DNA of 62,673 nt, taken from Oscillospiraceae bacterium (GTDB lineage Bacteria > Bacillota > Clostridia > Oscillospirales > Oscillospiraceae). Below the pieces are notes generated by a model. The model was given only the letters and a program-made list of their open reading frames with translations. It did no database searches and was not told the DNA's origin. Both the position numbers and the translations under genes were made by a program. Shown here piece by piece: positions 55,542-62,673 of the stretch (positions within the stretch are counted from its first letter, which is position 1; the number at the start of each line of letters is the position of its first letter). The DNA is taken from assembly GCA_015067605.1 (NCBI GenBank), contig SVME01000001.1, positions 1 through 62,673 of the forward strand. Direction: 5' to 3'.

Positions 55542-57368
55542 ATGATTACGCCCGAAACCACCGATGCCATTGTTGATGGCAATTACAAAGACAGCAGCCC
55601 GCTGGATACCGTTGCGCGGATTCAGAAGATTTTGGAGGATTTCGGTGTCGAACCCCAAATGACATGGTTCGACAGCGGTGTTCCCTACTGCTATTCCAAT
55701 AAGCTCACCCTCCCCGGCACCACCTTCCGCACCATCGGCAAGGGTCTGACCAAGGAATTTGCCATTGCCAGCGCCTACGGCGAAATGATCGAGCGGCTGC
55801 AGATTGGTTTTATCTACGGCCCCACCTCCCTGAAGGACGGCGATTACGCCATCGACGATGCCAAGTACGAAATGCGTCCGGCAAAGGAGCTATTGGAGGC
55901 CAACCGGCTGTGGTATCAGCGAATGGCCGATGTGCTGGAGGATTCCATCGGTGAAAAGATGACCGCCGAGCAGGTTCTTACCCAGTGCGCCACCCGTGAC
56001 GGAATGGTGTCCGTTACCCCCTATTACGACCTTACCACCGGTCAAAAGGTTTACTTCCCCATCGTACTGCGCAAGCGAATCTATGGCAGCAACGGCTGTG
56101 CCGCCGGCAATACCCCTGAGGAAGCGCTGGTGCAGGCGATTAGCGAAATTGTAGAGCGGAGCCACCAGATTCGTTCTGTCAAAGAAGGGTTGTCCCTGCC
56201 GGAGATTCCCGATGGGGCACTTAAAAAATACAAGATTTCTTACGAAATCATCAAATTCGCCCGGGAAAGTGGTTACAAGGTTATCATGAAGGATGCCTCA
56301 CTGGGCACCGGCTTCCCTGTGGTCTGCGCCTGTCTGATTGACCGGCGCACCGGTCGTTACCATACGCACTTCGGTGCGCATCCGGTGTTTGAGATTGCGC
56401 TGGAGCGTTCTCTGACCGAGAGCTTTCAAGGTCGAAACATTGCATCTATGGCAGAAAACGAGGATTTCTCTCGTAAAAGCAATGTAAAATTCTCCCTCAA
56501 CGCCTTCTATACTGAACTGAGAAGAAGCACCGGCAATAAGCTCCCCGGCTTCTTCGTGGACGAAAGCCCCCTGACCTTTGATCCGGACATGGGCGTTCAC
56601 ACCTGCGACAACAAGGAAATCCTGCGCTACTGCATCGATTTCTTCGCCAAGCAGGGCTTCCCCCTGCTGGTGCGGGACTGCTCCTGCCTGGGCTTCCCTA
56701 CTTATCAGATTATTGTACCCGGTTACAGCGAATGCTACATCAACCGTATCGCCACAAAAACCGACGATCAGCGCTACGCTCCATACGCCATCACCGCTCT
56801 ACGGAATCCCTCCAAGGCTTCCGTACCGGATATGATGGGTCTGATGATGCATCTGGATCGGGTCAAGCAATTGGACTCCGGCTTCAAGGATGTGCACAGC
56901 TTCACCATGCACATCAAAGCCCCCTCTAATGCACCTCATAAGCTCCAAAACTTCCTGATGTCCGCCTCTTTGGGCTATTTCTACTACAAAATGGGCAAGT
57001 ATGCCGATGCCGCCGTTTCCGTCGGAAAGATGATTCCCAAGGCTGAGGAAAAGGATTTGGAGTTTCTGATTTGCCTGAAACGGTATCTGCTAATTCTGGC
57101 CGACGGATACGGTGCGGAATATGGCATGAAGGTGATTTCCTACTTCCACAATGAAGATATCGTGGCCAAGATGCAGGACATCCTTTCCCGCAAGGCCAAT
57201 CCCTTCGACGAGTTCACTCTCCACTGCGACCGCAAGTGCGAGGAAAGCTGCCCCTTCCAGCCCTATTGTTATCTGAATCGGGTGGACGAGATAGCCGCCA
57301 TTCTGGATCAGCGGATGAGTCAGCTGGATTTCGAAGATATGGCAAACTATTTGAAAAATATCCTGTAA
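55542..57368 (+). CDS. YcaO-family protein, paralogue 1
   Basis: GKG...ASAYGEMIER, SNGCAAGNTPEEALVQAISEIVER, FGAHP..ALERSLTE and IIVPGYSE motifs; C-terminal Cx3Cx3Cx5C. Confidence 0.9.
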   Translation: MITPETTDAIVDGNYKDSSPLDTVARIQKILEDFGVEPQMTWFDSGVPYCYSNKLTLPGTTFRTIGKGLTKEFAIASAYGEMIERLQIGFIYGPTSLKDGDYAIDDAKYEMRPAKELLEANRLWYQRMADVLEDSIGEKMTAEQVLTQCATRDGMVSVTPYYDLTTGQKVYFPIVLRKRIYGSNGCAAGNTPEEALVQAISEIVERSHQIRSVKEGLSLPEIPDGALKKYKISYEIIKFARESGYKVIMKDASLGTGFPVVCACLIDRRTGRYHTHFGAHPVFEIALERSLTESFQGRNIASMAENEDFSRKSNVKFSLNAFYTELRRSTGNKLPGFFVDESPLTFDPDMGVHTCDNKEILRYCIDFFAKQGFPLLVRDCSCLGFPTYQIIVPGYSECYINRIATKTDDQRYAPYAITALRNPSKASVPDMMGLMMHLDRVKQLDSGFKDVHSFTMHIKAPSNAPHKLQNFLMSASLGYFYYKMGKYADAAVSVGKMIPKAEEKDLEFLICLKRYLLILADGYGAEYGMKVISYFHNEDIVAKMQDILSRKANPFDEFTLHCDRKCEESCPFQPYCYLNRVDEIAAILDQRMSQLDFEDMANYLKNIL

Positions 57369-57397
57369 TCTATGCGGATAAGAAAGACGGTGGATAT

Positions 57398-59206
57398 ATG
57401 ACCAACACAGCCGATGTAAAAATCGTAGACGCACAGTTTAAGGACAGCAGTCCTCTGGCTACCGTTGAGAAGATTAAGGGCATCCTGAAAGATAACGGCA
57501 TTGAAACAGTTGAGATTTGGCACGACACCAGTGTTCCCTACTGCTACGCCATGAGTGTGAAGGTCCCCGGAACCATCTTCAGCGTCAACGGCAAGGGCTT
57601 GACCAAAGAGTTCACACTAGCCAGCGGTTACGGCGAGCTGATGGAGCGGCTGCAGATGGGCTTTATCAACGGCCCCAACGTTCAAAAGGATGGAGATTTC
57701 GCCTTTGACAGCACCAAATATGAGCTGCGCAGTGCCAGCGATTTACTGGAGCGCAATCGAAATTGGTACGAGCTGCTGGCTGCCAGCCTGAAACGACTCA
57801 CCGGCGTGGTTATGACACCGGAGGAAATCATCAGTCAGTACGCAGGCAAAGACGGTCTACTCTCCGCCACCCCCTACCAGAACATCACCACCGGCACCAA
57901 GGAATATCTGCCCACCGATATGCGCAAGCGGGTCTACGCCACCAACGGCTGTGCCGCCGGAAACTCCCCGGAGGAGGCCATCGTGCAGGCCCTCAGCGAA
58001 ATCGTGGAGCGGCACCATCAGACACGCATCATCGATGAATGTCTGGCGTTGCCGGAGATTCCCGAGGATGTACTCGCAAAATATGAAGTGGCAAGCAAAA
58101 TCGTCCGCTTCGTCCGTGAAAACGGCTACAAGGTAATTTTGAAGGACGCTTCTCTCGGCACTGGTTTCCCCGTGGTCTGCGCCTGCATCATTGATTGCCA
58201 GACCGGCCGTTATCACACCCACTTCGGTGCATATCCCATCTTTGAGATTGCGCTGGAGCGTTCTCTGACTGAGAGCTTCCAAGGCAGAAATATTCGGAAT
58301 ATCACCACTTTAGAGGATTTCCTCGTAAGAAAACCGGGTGAATATTCTCTGGCCAGCATCTCCAACGAGATGACCATGGGCACATGGATTAAGACTCCCG
58401 AATTCTTTGTTGGAAACAGCGCCATCCCCTTCGATGAAAACGTTGGCATGACCGGCGGCAACAACAAGCAGCTGCTGCAGCAGTGCAAGGACTATTTCAG
58501 CCGTCTGGGCTATGACATTCTGGTGCGGGATCGCTCCTGTCTGGGTTTTCCCACCTATCAGGTCATCGTGCCCGGTTACAGCGAAATGCTGATTCATCGG
58601 CTGTCCCAGAAGATGGACGACCACCGCTACGCCCCCTACGCCATGCGCAGCCTTCGGGATCCCGCAACCGCCTCCATGCCTGATATGCTGGGTCTTATCA
58701 TGCATCTGGATCAGATGGACAAGTTCACCTCCAATATTCGTGGTGTCCACGGCTTCCTCCGTGGTGCAAAGCTGTCCGCTGATCTGACTCCCAGCGAGGA
58801 GCAGCATTTCATGTCCGCCGCCATGGGCTACGTTTACTGGACTCTGGGACGACGCAATGACGTGATTCCCTGTCTGGACGGCCTGATGCCGAAGGCCACC
58901 GAGGCTGAGCTGGAGTATCTGATTTGCCTGAAGCGCTATCTTTCTCTAGCCAAAACCGGCCACAGCGCCGACAGCATCCGGCAGGTCATCGATTTGTTCC
59001 ACAAGCCGGATACGGTTCAAAAGCTCTACAACTGTCTGGCTTCCAAGACAAACCCGCTGGCAGATTTTATTCTGCGCTGCGATTTGAAATGTGACGGCAG
59101 TTGTAAGATGTTTAATAAGTGCTTTGAAAAGCGGGCAAGAGAATTGACCGCCATGCTGGACGAAAAGAGCAAAAAGCTGGATTTGAGCAGTCTGGAAGGT
59201 ATTTAA
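57398..59206 (+). CDS. YcaO-family protein, paralogue 2
   Basis: NGKG...ASGYGELMER, TNGCAAGNSPEEAIVQALSEIVER, ALERSLTE and VIVPGYSE motifs; C-terminal Cx3Cx3Cx5C. Start 57398 chosen by colinearity with paralogue 1. Confidence 0.9.
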   Translation: MTNTADVKIVDAQFKDSSPLATVEKIKGILKDNGIETVEIWHDTSVPYCYAMSVKVPGTIFSVNGKGLTKEFTLASGYGELMERLQMGFINGPNVQKDGDFAFDSTKYELRSASDLLERNRNWYELLAASLKRLTGVVMTPEEIISQYAGKDGLLSATPYQNITTGTKEYLPTDMRKRVYATNGCAAGNSPEEAIVQALSEIVERHHQTRIIDECLALPEIPEDVLAKYEVASKIVRFVRENGYKVILKDASLGTGFPVVCACIIDCQTGRYHTHFGAYPIFEIALERSLTESFQGRNIRNITTLEDFLVRKPGEYSLASISNEMTMGTWIKTPEFFVGNSAIPFDENVGMTGGNNKQLLQQCKDYFSRLGYDILVRDRSCLGFPTYQVIVPGYSEMLIHRLSQKMDDHRYAPYAMRSLRDPATASMPDMLGLIMHLDQMDKFTSNIRGVHGFLRGAKLSADLTPSEEQHFMSAAMGYVYWTLGRRNDVIPCLDGLMPKATEAELEYLICLKRYLSLAKTGHSADSIRQVIDLFHKPDTVQKLYNCLASKTNPLADFILRCDLKCDGSCKMFNKCFEKRARELTAMLDEKSKKLDLSSLEGI

Positions 59207-59214
59207 TACGCAAC

Positions 59215-59242
59215 AATGCCGTACCCCGAGGGGTACGGCATT
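59215..59242. terminator. Bidirectional stem-loop terminator
   Basis: AATGCCGTACCCC-GA-GGGGTACGGCATT between convergent ycaO2 and rex. Confidence 0.8.
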
Positions 59243-59245
59243 ACG

Positions 59246-59878
59246 TTATTTTTTCATCTGCGCCTGCAGGTGCATACTCAGCACCGCCAGCGACATCGCC
59301 ATATTCTCATGCTGCACCAGAATATTCGCCGGCACCTCCAAATGGGTAGGAGCGAAATTCCAGATAGCCTTGATACCGCAGGCAATCAGCTGATTGCAGA
59401 CGCTCTGAGCGTGCTGAATCGGCACTGTGATGATGCCCATGCGAATCTTATGACTGCGGCAGTAAGCTTCCAGCTGATCCATGTGGTAGATGGGCTTTCC
59501 ATCCTCCGTTTGGCTAGAAACAGGATTCGCATCAAAGGCCGCCAGAATATTCAGACCGTAAGCAGCAAAGCCGCCATAGCCCAGCAACGCTTGACCCAAC
59601 CGGCCAGCGCCGATCAGCACCGCATCGGTGGTGTTATCATAGCCCAGAAACTGCTCAATGGCATCAATCAGCATTTCACGAGGATAACCGATCTTCGGAC
59701 GGCCTCCGTCGCAGACCATAGCCAAATCCTTACGCACCTGCACCTCGCCCATGCCCAGCGCATTGGCCAGCGCCGTGGCGGAAATATTTGGCGACGAACC
59801 ATCAGGAAGGCTCTTCAAATATGCCAGATACCCCGGCAAGCGCTTCAAAACAGATTTGGATATCTCCTTCCGCTCCAC
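59246..59878 (-). CDS. rex: Redox-sensing transcriptional repressor Rex (divergent type)
   Basis: KRLPGYLAYL, QVRKDL, GAGRLGQAL (Rossmann) and IWNFAP motifs; GTG start after AGGAGGT. Confidence 0.9.
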   Translation of the reverse strand: MERKEISKSVLKRLPGYLAYLKSLPDGSSPNISATALANALGMGEVQVRKDLAMVCDGGRPKIGYPREMLIDAIEQFLGYDNTTDAVLIGAGRLGQALLGYGGFAAYGLNILAAFDANPVSSQTEDGKPIYHMDQLEAYCRSHKIRMGIITVPIQHAQSVCNQLIACGIKAIWNFAPTHLEVPANILVQHENMAMSLAVLSMHLQAQMKK

Positions 59879-59891
59879 AGCGGCACCTCCT

Positions 59892-59931
59892 AATCGATAC
59901 AAAATTATATCGATATGATTTTATATCGATT
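59892..59931. promoter_or_regulatory. 40-bp near-perfect palindrome upstream of rex (candidate operator)
   Basis: AATCGATACAAAATTATATCGATATGATTTTATATCGATT: two mismatched pairs, three ATCGAT cores 16 bp apart. Confidence 0.6.
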
Positions 59932-59952
59932 ATATCACGCCCAGTGGCAATG

Positions 59953-60657
59953 TCAAGCGCAACTTGTCTGGCGAATCATTTCTGTTCGTAGCCGCAGCAT
60001 GATGCGCTTTTCCAATCGGGAAATGTAGGATTGGGAGATACCCATGTGCTGAGCTACTTCCTTCTGGGTCAGCTCCTTCCGGCCTGCAAGGCCGAAGCGC
60101 ATTTCTACGATTTCCCGTTCCCGTTCCGGCAACTGACTCAGCGCCTGACGTAGAACGCACAGATCCACATCGTCCTCCAGCGGCCGCATAATCATATCCT
60201 CATCCGTTCCGAGAATATCCGAAAGCAACAGCTCATTGCCGTCATAGTCCATATTGATTGGTTCATCCAGAGAGATTTCAGTTTTTTGATTGGAGGTTTT
60301 TCGGATATACATCAAAATCTCGTTTTCGATGCAGCGGGAGGCATAGGTAGCCAGCTTGATATTTTTGTCACGCCGGTAGGTACCGATGGCTTTTATCAGG
60401 CCGATGGTGCCAATGGATATCAGATCCTCCAGATTGATTTGCGTATTCTCAAATCTGCGGGATATGTACACCACCAGCCGAAGGTTATGTTCAATCAGTC
60501 GTTGCTTGGCATCCTCATCCCCCGCTTCCAGTTTTGCCAGAGCAATTTGCTCCTCCTGTCCCTTCAACGGCGGCGGCAGCACATCACTGCCGCCGATGTA
60601 ATATACCTGCTGCCTCGGCACCAAACCGATCCACGACAAAAAATCCTTCCACTTCAT
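59953..60657 (-). CDS. sigE: Sporulation sigma factor E (pro-sigmaE)
   Basis: [37 protein letters not shown] and [13 protein letters not shown] motifs; directly after spoIIGA. Confidence 0.96.
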   Translation of the reverse strand: MKWKDFLSWIGLVPRQQVYYIGGSDVLPPPLKGQEEQIALAKLEAGDEDAKQRLIEHNLRLVVYISRRFENTQINLEDLISIGTIGLIKAIGTYRRDKNIKLATYASRCIENEILMYIRKTSNQKTEISLDEPINMDYDGNELLLSDILGTDEDMIMRPLEDDVDLCVLRQALSQLPEREREIVEMRFGLAGRKELTQKEVAQHMGISQSYISRLEKRIMLRLRTEMIRQTSCA

Positions 60658-61403
60658 AATGCCCCTCCCATCAACGCTTCATAGGGTTTCCCCTGCCCAA
60701 TTTCCTCCGGTGCGAATGCCACAAGACATCGAACCGATTTTCCACTAATTATGACATTTTCATACCGTTTTGCCAACAACAGCGCACTATTTCCCACGGT
60801 ATGATACGGAATCAGACGAGCGCCAGCGACCTTTTCCACGCCACGGACCGGGTCACGCAATTCTTCGGCACTGACCCCCAGTAACGCAGCACCGGCACTG
60901 GCAGACACCACCAAAACCTGCTGGCCCGTAATGGGATCGGTGAGAGAATTGCCAGTATCCCGCAAAGCTGTCAAATGCAATCCCGCCAGTTCCACAGATA
61001 CATACTCCGCCCCCACCTTGCCCCGAAAGCCCAGCAAACACATAGCGCAAATCGCCGCCGCTGACAGCACCAGCGTCCAGAATCCGCCGCCGGTCATTCC
61101 CATAGCCACGCCGCCCAAAGCCATGCTCAAAAGGATGAACAAGATTCCCCGCCGCACCGCATCCCGTCTGCAGCCGAAGGCTATCACCGCCATCAGCGCC
61201 AGTACAGTGATTCTCCAAAAGGTGCCACTCAAAAATCGGATACCCGGCAGCACGCAAGCACCTCCGTAAATGCCTCCAAGAGCGGCGGCCGGCAGCGCAC
61301 GCTTGATATCCGGCGGATGTCCCGCCAGTCGGTTGGTGCCCAACAGCAACAGCAAATCTACAAGAAAATTTATCAGCACCAGCACATCCAGATACACCGG
61401 CAC
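60654..61403 (-). CDS. spoIIGA: Sigma-E processing aspartic peptidase SpoIIGA
   Basis: [12 protein letters not shown]-terminus, TM helices, LRDTGN catalytic motif and RLIPY. Confidence 0.92.
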   Translation of the reverse strand: MPVYLDVLVLINFLVDLLLLLGTNRLAGHPPDIKRALPAAALGGIYGGACVLPGIRFLSGTFWRITVLALMAVIAFGCRRDAVRRGILFILLSMALGGVAMGMTGGGFWTLVLSAAAICAMCLLGFRGKVGAEYVSVELAGLHLTALRDTGNSLTDPITGQQVLVVSASAGAALLGVSAEELRDPVRGVEKVAGARLIPYHTVGNSALLLAKRYENVIISGKSVRCLVAFAPEEIGQGKPYEALMGGAL

Positions 61404-61423
61404 GTCCTCACCTCCGCAGGATC

Positions 61424-61573
61424 AGTTTACCCTCAGAGCGCTGAAAAGTCGGTCGCATCCGGCGAAGGATCCACCGCAATTCTCGCTGCATCCTCCGCAC
61501 AAATGCCACTGCACCGCCCAAAAACAAAGAATACGGCAGCCGAATCCATCGGCTGCCGCAGCGTTATGTCGAA
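61424..61573 (-). promoter_or_regulatory. Probable spoIIG promoter with Spo0A boxes
   Basis: Perfect 0A box TGTCGAA at 61567-61573 (+), degenerate GGTCGCA near 61451, and TAAACT -10 about 21 nt downstream, resembling the long-spacer B. subtilis spoIIG promoter. Confidence 0.4.
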
Positions 61574-61752
61574 AGGTTTTTCTGAACGGTACGCACATTT
61601 TTTTCTGCCTTGAAGCGAGGGGTCATCAACTCGTGACCGCAGCCAAGGCACCGAAGTCGGAAGTCCGCCCCCGTCCGCAGCACCAGCCAGCGCTTATCGC
61701 CGCAGGGGTGGGGCTTTTTCATAGTGAGAATATCGCCTACCTGAATGTCCAT
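61564..61752 (-). CDS. DUF951 family protein
   Basis: GDILTMKKPHPCG..W.VLRTGADFRLRCLGCG motif. Confidence 0.9.
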   Translation of the reverse strand: MDIQVGDILTMKKPHPCGDKRWLVLRTGADFRLRCLGCGHELMTPRFKAEKNVRTVQKNLST

Positions 61753-61754
61753 AG

Positions 61755-62673
61755 TTATGTTCCTTTTACCATGTCCCAATATTGCTTGGCTGCCTGCTCC
61801 AGCTTATTGGGTCCGTATTCGTAGTATTTGGTGCCCACCAGTGCATCCGGCAGGTACTGCTGTTTCACCCAATGGTTCGGATAATCGTGGGGATATTCGT
61901 AGCCCTGCTCCCGTTCCATGGTATAGGAATCGGCGTGCATATTTTGCAAATGCCGGGGAAAATCTCCGCCTTTCCCCTTGCGTACGTCCGCCAGCGCCGC
62001 ATCCAGTGCGATGTGGCCAGAATTGGACTTAGGCGAGGTGGCCATCAGCACCGCCACGTCCCCAAGGGGAATCCGTGCTTCCGGCATCCCCAGCTTCAAG
62101 GCCATATCCACAGCTGCATTGACGATGGGAATGATTTGAGGAAACGCAAGCCCCACATCCTCCGCCGCAATCACCATCAGCCGTCGACAGGCCGACTGCA
62201 TCTGCCCCGCTTCCAGCAGCCGTGCCAAATAGTGACAGGCCGCATCTGGGTCAGAGCCACGGATGGATTTTTGCAGTGCGGACAGCAAATCATAATGATT
62301 ATCCCCGTCCCGATCCGCCCGAAGGGCGCTCTTCTGGGTGACCACCTTAGTGTCCGCCATGGTCAGCTTGATGGTATCTCCCTCCGGCACACCAGCGGAG
62401 AACAACACCTCCACCGCATTCAGCGCCTTGCGGATGTCGCCGCCGCAGGCGCTGGCGATGTACTCCAGCGCCCCTTCCTCCACGTCCGCTTTCAACGCGG
62501 TCCGCTGCTCCATGTAGCTGATGGCCCGATGGACCGCCTGCAGCGCTGCCGCCGGAGAAATCTGCTTGAACTCAAACACCGTGGAACGGCTGAGAATTGC
62601 GTTAAAAACGTAGAAATAGGGATTTTCCGTAGTGGATGCAATGAGAGTGATTTTACCGTTTTCCATAAACTCC
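61755..62673 (-). CDS. rarA: Replication-associated recombination protein A (RarA/MgsA), 5' end outside window
   Basis: STTENPYF, HYDLLSALQKSIRGSDPDA, EDVGLA, PKSNS and YPHDYP motifs. Confidence 0.95.
   Translation of the reverse strand, partial: EFMENGKITLIASTTENPYFYVFNAILSRSTVFEFKQISPAAALQAVHRAISYMEQRTALKADVEEGALEYIASACGGDIRKALNAVEVLFSAGVPEGDTIKLTMADTKVVTQKSALRADRDGDNHYDLLSALQKSIRGSDPDAACHYLARLLEAGQMQSACRRLMVIAAEDVGLAFPQIIPIVNAAVDMALKLGMPEARIPLGDVAVLMATSPKSNSGHIALDAALADVRKGKGGDFPRHLQNMHADSYTMEREQGYEYPHDYPNHWVKQQYLPDALVGTKYYEYGPNKLEQAAKQYWDMVKGT

Overview
62.7-kb chromosomal window from a spore-forming Clostridia bacterium (gene content and repeats suggest Oscillospiraceae; inference). Left to right: the decayed end of an integrative element (truncated serine recombinase, direct repeats, a tRNA/tmRNA-3'-like inverted repeat); a lipid-salvage-like operon (DegV/FakB, FakA, MFS, acyltransferase, alpha/beta hydrolase with a Cys nucleophile); a GH53 galactanase lipoprotein; an amidase pseudogene; small sporulation-type genes; trpS with a 251-bp MITE in its leader, divergent from gltX; a ~24-kb co-oriented surface 'protein utilisation' locus; the core pyrH-frr-uppS-cdsA-dxr-rseP-ispG-polC-udp cluster; glnS followed by two tandem stand-alone YcaO paralogues with a C-terminal 4-Cys motif; a divergent rex with a 40-bp palindrome; sigE-spoIIGA; DUF951; and partial rarA. 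The surface locus comprises a small leader-like peptide, two TlpA-type redoxin lipoproteins, a triple-repeat CAGSTC lipoprotein, a ~2430-aa S8 protease with BspA-type LRRs, an oversized OppA with OppBCDF, and an adjacent pepF. The best candidates for undescribed systems are this redoxin-protease-Opp locus and the glnS-linked YcaO pair. All calls come from motif recognition by eye; no database searches were run.
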